This document shows, piece after piece, positions 50,447-62,864 of a DNA stretch of 64,000 nt. Under the pieces are notes generated by a model. The model saw only the letters and a program-made list of their open reading frames with translations, did not search any database and was not told where the DNA came from. Made by a program: the position numbers and the translations under genes. Each line of letters begins with the position of its first letter. The first letter of the stretch is position 1. The DNA is from Candidatus Bathyarchaeota archaeon (GTDB lineage Archaea; Thermoproteota; Bathyarchaeia; Bathyarchaeales; Bathycorpusculaceae): assembly GCA_963780185.1 (NCBI GenBank), contig CAWABA010000005.1, positions 112,964-176,963 on the forward strand, in the 5' to 3' direction.

Positions 50447-51809
50447 CTACAGCCTTTCTCGACCGCGACCCCCGTCCCATCGAAGGGCAGCGCCCCAAGA
50501 GTCTTGAGAGCCTGCGCGAAAAAACGCTTCCGCCGCGCCGAGCATGGCGACCTGGGTCAGTTGATCCTTGTTCTGCCCCGCGAGACTGGCGATCAGGCGC
50601 CGGCGGTAATCGTCGAACAGCGCGTCGCCCTGGCCCTCGACCCAGGCCTGGAAACGGCGCAGGCTGGCGGCGTTGAGCGCCTCGGGCGTGTCCGCGACAG
50701 GCGCCGTGTCCACCGCTCGGCGTCTCGCGGAGAATGTCGCGGGCGACGCTGCGCGCCGCCTCCAGCGCGCCTTCCATATAGCCGGCCTGACGCTCGCCGG
50801 TCTCCGAACCGCCCAAAAACAGCTTTCCCGCCCACAACCCGCGCCGCAGCATGGGATTGGCCGCCAGTTTGTGCTCCTCGGCGCCTTTTTCGCGGTCGAG
50901 CGCGCTGCAAGTCTCGCCTTCCGTCGCCCAGTCCTGATAATATTGCTCGCCGCCGCCCAGATTGGAGCCAAACACCTGCTGCAACTGGCTTTCCATCAGC
51001 AGGGGCAGGCCCTCGTGGAAGGCGAGGCGCAGATCGGGGCCGAGCGCGAGGAAGCCGCCGAGCGCGCCTTTGCTGGCGGTCTCGTCGCAGGCGTCGAAAA
51101 TCTCGGCCAGCACCGCCTGCTCATGGGTGACGAAGGCGTTGCCCGATTCCCCGGCCGCGCGCCACACCGGCTGGTCGAAAGTCGCGACCGCCTTGGCCTG
51201 CTGCGCCATCCAGGTCGGCGCCTCGATCATCGCCTGCCGCGTCGCGTCGTCGAGCGGCGGCTGGAAAGCGATGCGCTCCTCGGCCAGACGCGGCGGCAGC
51301 GCCAGCACGAGTCTCCGCGCCGCGATGTCCAATGTTTTGCCGCCCTGCTCGAAAGTCAGGACGACATGATCGCTCTCGGCGCGAACCGCCGTCAGGACCG
51401 AGCCGAGATGAACCTGCGCCTCGGGGATTTCGCGGCGCAGCGCGTCGATGATTTTTTGCGCGCCGCCGACGACGCGCTTGGCTCCGCCGTGGACGCCGCC
51501 GGCGACATCGATTTTTTCCGGCTTCTTGTCGGTTTCGTTGAGGCGCAGCGCCGTGCCCTGGTCATGCTGCTCGAAAGACTTGAGCCCCAGTTCCGTCAGC
51601 AGCGCCGTCATCAAGGGCTGGTTGTCGGGCCAGAACCACGAGGCGCCGAGATCGACGGAGAGACCCGACAATTTGCAATCATAGGACAGGATGCGGCCGC
51701 CCCAGCGTTGGCGCGCTTCGAACAAGGCGAAATCCTTGCCCCGCTTGCCCAAATGCGCCGCAAGCGCCAGCCCGCCCAGACCTCCACCGACAATCGCCGT
51801 CTCAAGCAT
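50447..51809 (-). CDS. Flavin monoamine oxidase-family FAD oxidoreductase (frameshift near 50715)
   Basis: AIVGGGLGGL..FEAR.R.GGR..DLG..WFW..GSET..GYMEGAL. Confidence 0.85.
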
Positions 51810-51986
51810 CGTGTCCCTCCGACAAGTTTGCGACATTCCGTGCCGCCTGCCCTGCAAGAATCGCGCATTTTTCTGCGCCTCGACGCGAGGCGCGACAAAA
51901 TCGTCATCTTGGCGACGCGCGCCCCTTTTTTCCGACCGCAATGCGACAGGCTTTGTTGCCTTGCGCCTGCGGATTACGGCGCCGTT

Positions 51987-52002
51987 TGGCATAAAATTTG
52001 AT
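51987..52002 (+). promoter_or_regulatory. Possible sigma54 promoter
   Basis: TGGCAT-AAAAT-TTGAT (-12 variant). Confidence 0.5.
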
Positions 52003-52036
52003 GCGCATGCGCATCGAACCCGACATGGAGATGGAA

Positions 52037-52498
52037 ATGAATGTCGCATCCGCATTTGCGAAGCTGACCAAGGACGAAATCAAGGCGCTGCTGGACGGCG
52101 GCACGCTCACGATTTATTCGGTCGCCCGCCCGATCAGCGCCGATCACGCCGGTCGATCGCAGCGGTCAGCTCGCCTCCTTCACTTTCGCCACGCCGGCCT
52201 TTGGCGCGGAGTTCGGGCGACTTCGAAACCCCGGCCTTCGTGGCCAATCCGGTCCCCGCGATCGCATGTCGGAACGCCCGGCTTCGCCCGCGCCGTCAAG
52301 GCCGACGGAACCGTGGTCGCCGATTTCTCGGTCGGACCCGGCGCGCGTGAAATCAAGCTCGGCGAAGTGTCCTGCGCGCCCGGCGTCCCGACCAAAGTTG
52401 TCGCGTTCAAAATGCTGCCGGAAGGCGATTGGCCGGAACGTCCGGATTACTACAATGCGCATCCGCGCCCCGGCTACCAGTTGCCGCAGGTTCCCTGA
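52037..52498 (+). CDS. Hypothetical protein (probable compensating indels)
   Basis: GGAG RBS; LTIYSVARP..PGFAR..DG.VVADFSVGPG. Confidence 0.6.
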   Translation: MNVASAFAKLTKDEIKALLDGGTLTIYSVARPISADHAGRSQRSARLLHFRHAGLWRGVRATSKPRPSWPIRSPRSHVGTPGFARAVKADGTVVADFSVGPGAREIKLGEVSCAPGVPTKVVAFKMLPEGDWPERPDYYNAHPRPGYQLPQVP

Positions 52499-52568
52499 TC
52501 CGAAACCGTTGGAGCGATCTTCCGGCGAGAGGGCAGGAAGATCGCTTCCTAAAAGAGGGAGTTCGACC

Positions 52569-52884
52569 ATGTCCACTTTGGTGAAGACGACGCAGGACGG
52601 CCGCAAGCTCGAAGTCGTCGGGCAAGCTATGTTGCTCGACGGGAAACTGGAAGCCGTGGAATTGGTCCCGGTGGCCAAGCCATCCCAATCGGTCGGTGAT
52701 CGTGAAAGTGGCGCCCGACGCGATCTTTATGGCCGGCCGCGTGCCGCTGACCGCCGAAGAAGGCAAGATCGCCCAGGACGCGCTCGATCAGGGCGAAAAG
52801 GAATTTCTTTCCAACCCCAAGGCGATCGAGGAACGATTCCGCGCCGCCGCGAATCGACGCGAAGCGGAACTCGGCATCGAGTGA
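52569..52884 (+). CDS. Hypothetical protein (frameshift near 52690)
   Basis: MSTLVKTTQDGRKLEV..MAGRVPLT..ERFRAA; GAGG RBS. Confidence 0.6.
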
Positions 52885-52890
52885 CAATCC

Positions 52891-53032
52891 CCTCACCCTG
52901 AGGAGCCGCGCATGCGTGGCGTCTCGAAGGGTGATGGCGTCGTTGGCCGCGATGGTTCAGCGATGCGCTCATGCAAATCAGGGAATTTGCCCACTGGCTC
53001 GAGGCGGCCCTGCGGGCCTCCTCGCCATGAGG
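52891..53032. repeat. Hyphomicrobiales-type repetitive palindromic element between convergent genes
   Basis: CTCACCCTGAGGAGC..GCGTCTCGAAGG ... CCTCCTCGCCATGAGG. Confidence 0.65.
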
Positions 53033-53054
53033 TTGTTGTAGGATTTTGAACGCG

Positions 53055-53677
53055 TCAGGGCCGCTCTTCGCGATAGACATGCGTCAGTTGCGCGACGCCT
53101 TCCTCGGAGCCGAAGCAGGACGCGAAATCGTCGCAGTCGGAACAGACCGGCGCGGGACAAAGCGTAAAGCCTTCCGACCCGCAGACCAGACGAGAGAGGA
53201 ATTTCTTCCATTTCATGTCGCCGGAATTGCGCGTCTTGAGGCGCGGAAAATGCCGCTGCATCAATTGCGAAAGTTCGGTGCGGTCGCGCAGGCCGAGATC
53301 CTGCCAAAGGTGACGCGGCTCCTGGCAGCGGCGGGCGATGAGCGAGGAAAGCGGACCCACGAAATCCAGCCGTCCGGTCGCGTACATCAAGAGAATATCG
53401 CGGATGGATTGTTCCTCCGGCCCGGGCGCGGGCGCGGGAACGTGAGCCATTTTCACCAGCGCGTCTGCCGCGCCGGGAAACAGCGTCCTGCGCGAAGGCG
53501 CCAAGGGCCGCGGCGTCGAGTCCCGTCAGTCGCGGCGAGGGAGAAATTCTCCTCCCGCGCCTGAAAAATCGCCAACGCGAGAATGCTGGCGCAGACATGA
53601 AGATCGAAGCCATCAGATCGAGCCGCCGGCGGCCGAGCCGCCTCCATCAACCAGCGATAGGCTCGATCGGGCGTCAT
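53055..53677 (-). CDS. nifQ: Mo-processing protein NifQ (frameshifted)
   Basis: HLWQDLGL..R.ELS.L..RHFP.L..N..MKWKKF..C..C.AP.CS.C.D..CFG.E. Confidence 0.9.
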
Positions 53678-53970
53678 CAGGCGGCCTGCGCGTCGGTTCC
53701 GTGGGTCTGGCAATTGGCCGGGCAGACGCGGGCGCAGGCGCCGCAGCCGACACAGGCGCCGACTTCGGCCATGACCATGACCTTCTTTTCGATTTCATCG
53801 TCCTCGTCGTCGTCGAGAGAGATGAATTCGCCGTCCTCATTGATGCCCTTGAGGGTCATCACTTCGCGGCCGCAAACCTTGTAGCAACGGCCGCAGCCGA
53901 TGCATTTCTTCGGATCGATCGCCAGAAGATATTCGGGCTGCCATTCGCGGCCGTCGCGCGCTTTCGCCAT
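53677..53970 (-). CDS. fdxB: Ferredoxin III, nif-specific
   Basis: CIGCGRCYKVC..acidic loop..CVGCGACARVCP.NCQTH. Confidence 0.92.
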   Translation of the reverse strand: MAKARDGREWQPEYLLAIDPKKCIGCGRCYKVCGREVMTLKGINEDGEFISLDDDEDDEIEKKVMVMAEVGACVGCGACARVCPANCQTHGTDAQAA

Positions 53971-53986
53971 CTTGATTGCCTTTCTC

Positions 53987-54187
53987 TCAAGCCGCTTCCG
54001 CGGATTTCAGTTGCGCTCGCTTGGCTTCGAGTTCAGCGAAAGCCGCGTGCGCCTTTTGCGCCACGTCGAGAATCGTTTCCCATCCGATCGGCAATTCTTC
54101 CGACAGGTCATGCAGGTTCATTTTCGCATTCATGGCGCGAGCGGAGAGTTTTTTGATCTCCGCCTTCAGGGTATCCACATCGCTCAT
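53987..54187 (-). CDS. CCE_0567/DUF683 nif-associated protein
   Basis: IKKL..A..AKMNLHDLSEELP.GW. Confidence 0.88.
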   Translation of the reverse strand: MSDVDTLKAEIKKLSARAMNAKMNLHDLSEELPIGWETILDVAQKAHAAFAELEAKRAQLKSAEAA

Positions 54188-54319
54188 TTTATAGACCTTT
54201 TTGTCTTCGCGCCGCGAGCGGCGCGGTCCCTCGCGTCAGCTCGGCCAGAGGGCGTCGGAGACGCCCGTCCAGGACGGGCTTTGGCATTCGCTCCTAGCCA
54301 GATCGCAAGCGATCCGGCG

Positions 54320-54790
54320 TCAGTAATTCGCGGCTTCGGGAAACTGCTCGATCATGTCCACGCCGGACTTGACCACCTTGTCGCCTTCCGCCGCCAGCTT
54401 GGCGAAGGAGTCGAAACCGAAACGATGCACGTCGCGCAACTGCTTGTTGACCACGATCAGGCGGCCGCCAATCAACACCATGCGGCCAAAACCCTCATGG
54501 CTCATCTTGAGCATGGGCGACACCATGACGCGCGTGAGGCGCTCAATCGACAGGGCGACGGCGTTGTAGAACAGCTCCAGCCGCCAGATCACTTCCGGAT
54601 CGGGATCGGCGATGATCGGCAGGGCCTTGCGGGCCTCCTTGTCGACGATATAATCCGCAAGCAGCAGCGCATCATTCTTGCCGTCCCAATGTCCGTGCGA
54701 ATCCTGCGCGCGCCAGATCTTGACCAGCTCCTGCAGGAAAGGGGATTGGGCAATGATCGTGGCGTCGTCGACGGTGGCGGCTTCAGTCAT
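54320..54790 (-). CDS. NifX-associated protein (DUF269)
   Basis: [29 protein letters not shown]. Confidence 0.9.
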   Translation of the reverse strand: MTEAATVDDATIIAQSPFLQELVKIWRAQDSHGHWDGKNDALLLADYIVDKEARKALPIIADPDPEVIWRLELFYNAVALSIERLTRVMVSPMLKMSHEGFGRMVLIGGRLIVVNKQLRDVHRFGFDSFAKLAAEGDKVVKSGVDMIEQFPEAANY

Positions 54791-54843
54791 GAGTTCCTCT
54801 TTGATTTTGGGTGATCGCCAGTTGCGATCCAGAATGTCTCGGG

Positions 54844-55239
54844 TCAGTCGTCGAGATCGAAAACGCGTTCCTTGCCCTTGCTCATCGCCTTGCGCAGGAA
54901 GGGCGGCGGATTGCCTTTGAGCACCGCCTGCAATTTGTCGAGCAGGTCCTCGATGGCTTCGGGCTGCGTCACTTTCATCGGATGGATATTATTGGCGACG
55001 ACGCGCGCCGCGCCCGAGCCGCCAATCGCCGCCACATAGAGAATGGCGCAATCCTTCACGGCCTCGATCTTCGGCGCGAGCTTGTCCTCGTTGCCGTCTT
55101 CCTGCAGGTCGCCGTCGAACTGGACCGCTTCGAGGAAGCGATGGCCGTTCTCGTCCAACTCATAGATGGCGATGTTTTTCGCCCAGCCGAAATGCGCATC
55201 GACTCGCTTCAAGTCCTGTGTAGCAAATGCGACTTTCAT
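54844..55239 (-). CDS. nifX: NifX
   Basis: [31 protein letters not shown]. Confidence 0.94.
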   Translation of the reverse strand: MKVAFATQDLKRVDAHFGWAKNIAIYELDENGHRFLEAVQFDGDLQEDGNEDKLAPKIEAVKDCAILYVAAIGGSGAARVVANNIHPMKVTQPEAIEDLLDKLQAVLKGNPPPFLRKAMSKGKERVFDLDD

Positions 55240-56671
55240 GGCTTCGCTCTCTTTCTTGCGTTTCTTAATGCGCAACTACCCGTTGCAATCGCGGCGCCAG
55301 TCTCGTCGCCCCCAAGATCTCCCCAGGGCGCGCGCCATTTTTCGGGCGTCGGCTGATGGTTGGCTTCGTGATCGGCGATGATCAGATTGGCGATGGTGAA
55401 GATCAGGTCGCGCGTGCCGCGATAGCCGATGGACAATTGATGGCCGGCGCCGAGGCGGTCGAACATCGGAATGCCGAGGCGATAAAACGGAATTTTCAGC
55501 CGATCCGCCGCCTGGCGTCCATGCGAATGGGTGACGAGCAGGTCGCAGCCCCGCGCTTTGGCGAGGGTTTCCAGATCTTCCAGATCGCCGATCAGCACTT
55601 CTTCGGATCGGGAAGTTCTCGAGCGCCGGCGATTGCGTCGTCGTCACGGCGACTTCGACATGGGCGCCCATTTCATGCAGGAAGGAGCCGACATCGTAGA
55701 GCAGGTCCGGCTCGGCGCCGATGGCCAGCTTGCGGCCGCCGATATGGAAATGGCCGTCGAGCATGGCGTCGACCAGTTGGCCGCGCTGGCGGCGATATTT
55801 CATCGGCGCCGGACGTCCGCTGATCTCGGTCAGAAAGGCCATCAATTCGTCATTGGCGGCGAGGCCGCAAAGCCGTTCGAACAGGCGATAGGGCGCGCCG
55901 GTCTTTTTCTGCATCGCCTCGGCGGCGTCGCGCATTTGCGCGCCAATGGCGATGGTCCAGCCGGCGTTGCCCATGGTCGCGATTTCGTTGACGCCGACGC
56001 CGCCAATGGTCGTCGGGGTGAAATCGTCGGGAATATGCCCGTCGAGCGAGCCGCCGAGATCGGGCAGGAAGGTCGGCTCAAGGCCGAAATCCTCGATGAT
56101 CGTGCGCAATTCCTCGATGTCGCCCGGCGTCAGATGGCTGCCGGGCAGCACATTGACCGCAGTTTCGTCGCGCCGCGCCGGATTGACCGGCGTTTTCACC
56201 AATTCCTCGACCATGCGCGTGACGGCCTTGGCCCAGCCGTCCTGAAAGGCGTCCTTAAAGTCCGGCGTCGAGACATAGACGATGGGAAATTCCGCCAATT
56301 CGGGATGGTTTTGGCGGATCAGGCGGATATAGCCGTCGACGTCGTCGCCCTTGGTTTCGGTGACGCCGGTCGAGGCGATGCCGATGATTTCCGGCTTGGC
56401 GCGGTCGATGATGTTGAGCACCGCCTGTTCGACGTTTTCATAGCCGCCGAGCACCGTCGCGACCTCGCTCATCGCGGTCGTCTGCATCGGAATCGCTTCC
56501 TTGAAATGCCGGACGAACAGCACGAGGCCGAAGGAGGTGCAGCCCTGCGAGCCATGCAGCAGCGGCATGCAGCCGCGCAGACCCATGAAGGCCAGCGCCG
56601 CGCCGATCGGCTGGCTCATTTTTAACGGATTGACTGCGCAGGCTTTTTTCGGCGTGACGAGCTTTGGCCAT
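55236..56671 (-). CDS. nifN: NifN (frameshifted)
   Basis: MSQPIGAALAF..HGSQGCTSF..RHFKEAIP.QTTAM..IGDLED..PMFDRLG. Confidence 0.93.
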
Positions 56672-56676
56672 CCGGG

Positions 56677-58365
56677 TCACTCCGCCGCCTGAACTTGGCC
56701 GCCTGTCGGCATTCCGACAATGTCGCCCGCGGCGAGGATTTCCTCGATGCGGATCGAACAGGCGCCGCAACCGCCCGAGGCGTTGGTCTTTTCACGCACG
56801 CCTTCGACGGTGTTCAGACCGAAATCGCGAATGGCGTCCTCGACCGCGCCGACACTGACGCCCTTGCACATGCACACGCCCTTGGCGCGGCGCGCCGCCT
56901 CGGCCTTGACCGGATCCGCCGCCAGAGCCGGCCTCTTCCTCGGCGATCTCGGCCAGCGCCCTCGCCTGCCAGTTCTCGCCCGCAATCGCCCAGGGCGCGG
57001 GCTTGCGCACCTGCTCCCACACCGGGTTGTAGAGCGTCTTGTCGATTTCCGACATCAGCTCGACCATGCCGATATAGCCCATGTAGCAGTGATGGCGCTC
57101 CTGGTTGATGTCCAGCCAGGGCATGGTCGCCTTGAGCGCGACGAATTGCGAACGGCCGCCCGACAGCATGATGTCGGCCCTCGCGTCCTTGAGCATCTTG
57201 TACATTTCGCGCGGCGTCATATCCTCGATCATGTGCGCGTCCTGGCCCATCAATTCCTTGATGCGCTCCTTGTCCGCCTTGGTCGATTTCTTGACGCTGG
57301 TGCCGACCAGTTCGAGACCCGCTTCCTGCAAAGCCGCGACCACCGACCACGACTTGACGCCGCCGGTGATGAGCAGAACTTTTTTCCCCGCGAAGCGCGG
57401 CTTGAATTTGGCGATGGCCGCCCAGGCCCGCGCCTCTTCGCGCGGTGATGAGCGCCTCGGTGCGGTCCATCAATTCGGCTGGCGCGCCCTGCTGGATCAG
57501 CAGGCGCGCAATTTCGCGCAAAGAATCGCTGGAGTCCTGAATGCCATAGAAGGAGCCCTCGAAAAACGGAATGCCGTAACGCTCCTCCATCTTCCGCGCG
57601 ACATTGATCATCGCCTTGGAGCAGACCATCATCGAAATCTTGGCGCGATGCGCCGAGGCGACATCGGCATATTTGCCGTCGCCGGAAATGCAGGACAGGA
57701 TGCGGATGCCCAGTTCTTCGAGCAGCGGCGTCACCTGCCAGAACTCGCCGGCCAGATTGAATTCGCCGATGACGTTGATGTCATAGGGCGTGGTGTATTC
57801 CGGCTCCATCGTGCCGATCACATGGTCGAGCAGCGCCTCGCCGGCCAGCTTGTTGCCGAGGTTCTTCGGCCCGACAAAGCCCGGGCGCATTGACCGGGAT
57901 CACCGGCTTGCCGAATTTTTCGGACGCCGCCTTGCACACCACGTTGATGTCGTCGCCGATCATCGCCGGCACGCAGGTCTGATAGACGAAAATCGCCGGC
58001 GGATCGTATTTCTCGATGATTTCCTTGCAGGCCTTGTAAAGGCGCTTTTCGCCGCCGAAAACCACGTCGGTTTCATTGACGTCGGTGGTGAAGCTGGTGC
58101 GCCACAGATCCGAGCCGGAGGATTTCGCGCCGCGATTGTCCCAGCTGTTGCCTTCGCAGGCGATGGGGCCATGCACGAGATGGGCGACGTCGGTGAAGGG
58201 CTGCAAGGCGATCTTGGCGCCGTCGAAGGCGCAGCCGCCGGCCGCGCCGCCGGGCTGCAATTGCTTGGTGCAGCCCTTCTTCTTTTCGGCCGCCGACTTG
58301 TTGGCGTTTTTCGCGCAGGAGGGCTCGTTGAACACGTCCTGAATGGTTGCCGAAAGAGAAGTCAC
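56677..58365 (-). CDS. nifE: NifE with a C-terminal BFD-like [2Fe-2S] domain (frameshifted)
   Basis: [32 protein letters not shown]; tail CMC..GGCGAC. Confidence 0.93.
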
Positions 58366-58449
58366 GAGTCTCTCCTGTAGAAGTCGCGGAGTTTAGCGCG
58401 CAACGCAATGTCGCTTTTGCTCCAGAACGACGCCGTTTGGTCAGAGGGG

Positions 58450-58465
58450 AGCAAATATGGCGCCG
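58450..58465 (-). promoter_or_regulatory. sigma54 promoter of nifENX
   Basis: CGGCGC-CATAT-TTGCT. Confidence 0.7.
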
Positions 58466-58469
58466 CAAT

Positions 58470-58506
58470 AAAAAAGCCCGGAAAGGCGTGAGGCCTGTCC
58501 GGGCTG
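58470..58506 (-). terminator. Intrinsic terminator after nifK
   Basis: Minus strand AGCCCGGAcAGGC..GCCTtTCCGGGCT followed by a T run. Confidence 0.75.
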
Positions 58507-58525
58507 ATTTTGAATTCGTCGTGCG

Positions 58526-58561
58526 GGCGATTGTCGGTTTGCGGACAAACCGACAATCGCC
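58526..58561. repeat. Perfect 16-bp inverted repeat containing a NifA site
   Basis: GGCGATTGTCGGTTTG-cgga-CAAACCGACAATCGCC; TGT-N10-ACA at 58532-58547. Confidence 0.85.
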
Positions 58562-58570
58562 GCCTCGAAA

Positions 58571-60130
58571 TCAGCGAATGATGTCGAAGGAATAGTCGGT
58601 CTTCGCCGCGATATTGGTGGTGTCGTCGATCGTGTCGAAGATCTTGTCGAGGATCGTCACGAGGACATTCATGCCGCCCTGATAGCCCCACACCGGATAG
58701 CGATGCTTGTGGTGACGGTCGAAGATCGGGAAGCCGATACGGATCAACGGGGTGCCCGTGTCGCGGTCCAGATACTTGCCGTAGGTGTTGCCGATCAGGA
58801 AGTCGACCGGATCGGTGAACAGCAGCGAGCGCATATGCCACAGATCCTTCTGCGGATAGACCTTGCAGTTCTTGCCGAAGGGCGACGAGTCGAACAGCGC
58901 CTGCATCTTCTTTTCCCAGGCCTTGCCACCGTTGGTGGACAGGACCGTGGTCGGCTCGGCGCCGAGTTCGAGCAGGAATTCCGCCAGGCCGTAGCAGAGA
59001 TCCGGATCGCCGTAGATCGCGAATTTCTTGCCGTGGATGTGGGCGCTCGAGTTGGCGATGGCGTCGACCAGACGGCCGCGTTCGCGGGCCAGGGATTCCG
59101 GAATTTCCACGCCGGCGATGCGGGCGATGGTCATCAGGAACTCGTCGGTCGCCTTGACGCTGATCGGATGGTTGAAGGCGACGACTTCCTGGCCGTGCTC
59201 CTTGATCAGCGGCAGGGTCTTTTCGGTGCAATATTCCTGCATCGAAATGGTGGCCTTGGCGTGAATGGCGTTGGCCGCCTGCTCAAGCGTGGTGCCGCCG
59301 TCATACATGCGGAATTCGCCGTCCGTCGGGGTGTCCCACACGTCGCTATTGTCGCCGAGGATGGTGTATTCGACGCCCATCGTCTCGAAGATGCGCTTGA
59401 TTTCGCGCAAGTTGCCGACGGTATAGCCGTCGAAGCCGCCGAGGAAGTTGATCGAATTATTCGGCACGCGCTCGAGCTTCTCGGCCGTGCCCGCCTTGCC
59501 GTCCCAGAAGTGCGAGATCACGCCCTTCATGGCGTTGTCGTAGCCGGTGATGTGGCTGCCGACGAAGGCCGGGGTATGGGCGAAGGTCACGTCGAAGTCT
59601 TCGGGAACCGAGCCCTTTTCCTTCGAGGTCTTGATGAAGGCGTTCAAGTCGTCGCCGATCACTTCCGCCATGCAGGTGGTGGAGACCGCGATCATGGCCG
59701 GCTTGTACATGTTATAGGTGTTGGCCAGGCCGTCGATCATGTTGTTGAGGCCGCCGAACACCGCCGCGTCTTCGGTCATGGACGAGGAGACGCACGAGGT
59801 CGGCTCCTTGAAGTGACGCGAGAAGTGCGAACGATAATACGCGACGCAACCCTGCGAGCCATGCACGAAGGGAATGGTCTTTTCAAAGCCCACGGCGACG
59901 AAAACCGCGCCGAGCGGCTGGCAGGCCTTGGCCGGATTGATCGTCAGAGCTTCGCGGGAGAAGTTCTTTTCCTTGTATTCTTCAGTCTTGGCCCATTCGC
60001 GAATGCGTTCGACTTCGGCCGGGTCACGCTGATTTTCGAACATCTTGCGCTTGTTCGCCAGCATCTCCTGGTATTCCGGCCCGCGAAACAGGTCGAAATG
60101 GTCGAGCACGTGATCGGCGTTCTGCGTCAT
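58571..60130 (-). CDS. nifK: Nitrogenase MoFe protein beta chain
   Basis: [38 protein letters not shown]. Confidence 0.99.
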   Translation of the reverse strand: MTQNADHVLDHFDLFRGPEYQEMLANKRKMFENQRDPAEVERIREWAKTEEYKEKNFSREALTINPAKACQPLGAVFVAVGFEKTIPFVHGSQGCVAYYRSHFSRHFKEPTSCVSSSMTEDAAVFGGLNNMIDGLANTYNMYKPAMIAVSTTCMAEVIGDDLNAFIKTSKEKGSVPEDFDVTFAHTPAFVGSHITGYDNAMKGVISHFWDGKAGTAEKLERVPNNSINFLGGFDGYTVGNLREIKRIFETMGVEYTILGDNSDVWDTPTDGEFRMYDGGTTLEQAANAIHAKATISMQEYCTEKTLPLIKEHGQEVVAFNHPISVKATDEFLMTIARIAGVEIPESLARERGRLVDAIANSSAHIHGKKFAIYGDPDLCYGLAEFLLELGAEPTTVLSTNGGKAWEKKMQALFDSSPFGKNCKVYPQKDLWHMRSLLFTDPVDFLIGNTYGKYLDRDTGTPLIRIGFPIFDRHHKHRYPVWGYQGGMNVLVTILDKIFDTIDDTTNIAAKTDYSFDIIR

Positions 60131-60199
60131 GATTTTGCCCTCTACTGTCGGTTGGTCGGGACTGGCGCCCGTCTTGAGACGGACGCCAGCCGCGCGCGG

Positions 60200-61702
60200 T
60201 TACTCGGCCGCGATAAGTTTCTCTGTCTTGTCTTGTTTCCAGGGCGCCTTGGCCATTTTCCAGACCGGGGCGTTGATGGCCATGTCCATGTCGCGCGCGA
60301 AGATCGCGAAGCCGTCATAGCCATGGTAGGGACCGGAATAATCCCAGGAGTGCATCTGACGGAAAGGCACGCCCATTTTCTGGAAGACGTATTTTTCCTT
60401 GATGCCGGAGCCGACCAGGTCGGGCTGGACCTTTTCCACGAATTTTTCGAATTCGTAGCCGGTCACGTCGTCATAGATCAGGGTGCCGTCCTTCACATAA
60501 TGCTGGGCGGTGCGCTGATAGTCGTCGTTATGGGCGAATTCATAGCCCGTGCCGACCACTTCCATGCCGAGATCTTCGTAAGCGCCGATGACGTGGCGCG
60601 GACGCAGGCCGCCGACATAAAGCATGACCGTCTTGCCTTCGAGGCGCGGACGGAATTTTGCGATGACGGCTTCCATCAAGGGCTGGTATTTGGCGATGAC
60701 GCGCTCGGCGCCTTCCTTGATGCTGTCGTCGAAGAAGCTGGCGATCTTGCGCAGCAACTCGGCGATCTTCGACGGGCCGAAGAAGTTATATTCGCACCAC
60801 GGAATACCGAACTTTTCTTCCATGTGGCGGGAGATATAGTTCATCGAGCGGTAGCAATGCAGAACGTTGAGCTTCGCCTTCGGCGTATTCTCGAGTTCGG
60901 CCAGCGAACCGTCGCCCGACCACTGCGCGATCACGCGGAGGCCCATTTCCTCGAGCAGGATGCGCGAAGACCAGGCGTCGCCGCCAATGTTGTAATCGCC
61001 GATGATCGCCACGTCATAAGGCGTGGATTCGAACAGGGCGGGCTTGTTCGGGTCGAGCTTGTCGAACACGAAGTCACGCACCGCGTCATTGGCGATGTGA
61101 TGGCCGAGCGATTGCGACACGCCGCGGAAACCTTCGCAGCGGACCGGAACGATGGTCTTGCCGCCGAATTCCTTCGACTTGACCTTGGAAACGGCTTCGA
61201 TGTCGTCGCCGATCAGACCGATCGGGCATTCCGACTGAACGGTGATACCGTTGTTCAGCGGGAACAATTCCTCGATTTCGTCCATGATCTTGGCGAGCTT
61301 CTTGTCGCCGCCGAACACGATGTCCTTTTCCTGGAAGTCCGACGTGAACTGCATGGTCACGAAGGTGTCGATGCCGGTCGTGCCGATGTAGTAGTTACGA
61401 CGCGAGGCCCAGGAATACTGGCCGCAGCCGACGGGGCCGTGGCTGATGTGGATCATGTCCTTGATCGGACCCCAGACGACGCCCTTCGAGCCGGCGTAAG
61501 CGCAGCCGCGAATGGTCATCACGCCGGGGATCGACTTGATGTTGGACTTCACGCCGCAGTCGGACTTGCCGGCTTCCGCGACGTTCAGATGTTTGGCGCG
61601 GCGCTTGGCGGTCTTTTCAGGATAAACCTTAAGCACCTCGTTGATCAGTTCTTTATTGCGCGCCTTGATCTCGGCAACGCTTTCTGTTTTCGCAACACTC
61701 AT
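60200..61702 (-). CDS. nifD: Nitrogenase MoFe protein alpha chain
   Basis: [33 protein letters not shown]. Confidence 0.99.
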   Translation of the reverse strand: MSVAKTESVAEIKARNKELINEVLKVYPEKTAKRRAKHLNVAEAGKSDCGVKSNIKSIPGVMTIRGCAYAGSKGVVWGPIKDMIHISHGPVGCGQYSWASRRNYYIGTTGIDTFVTMQFTSDFQEKDIVFGGDKKLAKIMDEIEELFPLNNGITVQSECPIGLIGDDIEAVSKVKSKEFGGKTIVPVRCEGFRGVSQSLGHHIANDAVRDFVFDKLDPNKPALFESTPYDVAIIGDYNIGGDAWSSRILLEEMGLRVIAQWSGDGSLAELENTPKAKLNVLHCYRSMNYISRHMEEKFGIPWCEYNFFGPSKIAELLRKIASFFDDSIKEGAERVIAKYQPLMEAVIAKFRPRLEGKTVMLYVGGLRPRHVIGAYEDLGMEVVGTGYEFAHNDDYQRTAQHYVKDGTLIYDDVTGYEFEKFVEKVQPDLVGSGIKEKYVFQKMGVPFRQMHSWDYSGPYHGYDGFAIFARDMDMAINAPVWKMAKAPWKQDKTEKLIAAE

Positions 61703-61783
61703 GTCGCCACCTCTTGCATCCGTTCGCCATCTCGAAACCCGGCCCCCCGGAACAGGGGGCCGGACCATTATTCAGTCAGGCGA

Positions 61784-62674
<891 letters not shown>

Positions 62675-62838
62675 TTATAGCTCCTTAAAGTGATCCTAGT
62701 GGCATGAACTTCGCGCGCTTTGCGCGAGGACTGTTTCTATTCGAGTCAGAAACGGACCCGCTTTTGACGGGAAGGAACGCAACGCTCGTCTTGCGTCTGC
62801 GTACGTTCAGCCCTCACTCGCCGTTCCGCTAAAGAGGA

Positions 62839-62854
62839 TTGCAACCGCCGTGCC
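62839..62854 (-). promoter_or_regulatory. sigma54 promoter of nifH, cut at its -24 edge by the second junction
   Basis: GGCAC-GGCGG-TTGCA; unrelated coding DNA starts within about 10 bp upstream. Confidence 0.8.
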
Positions 62855-62864
62855 TTCACTTTTT

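Noticed and set aside
41959-58365. Pseudogenisation or programmed frameshifting of nifE, nifN, nifA, nifQ and the SIR2-like gene
   Set aside because: Scattered single-base indels with otherwise conserved protein sequence and intact promoters fit long-read error.
40849-58600. Many long overlapping ORFs (for example 40849-41709, 47311-48708, 50673-52001, 55531-56625)
   Set aside because: Shadow frames of recognisable genes on the opposite strand.
60130-60200. Alternative (V or Fe-only) nitrogenase
   Set aside because: No G subunit gene between D and K; the sequences are Mo-type and nifQ is present.
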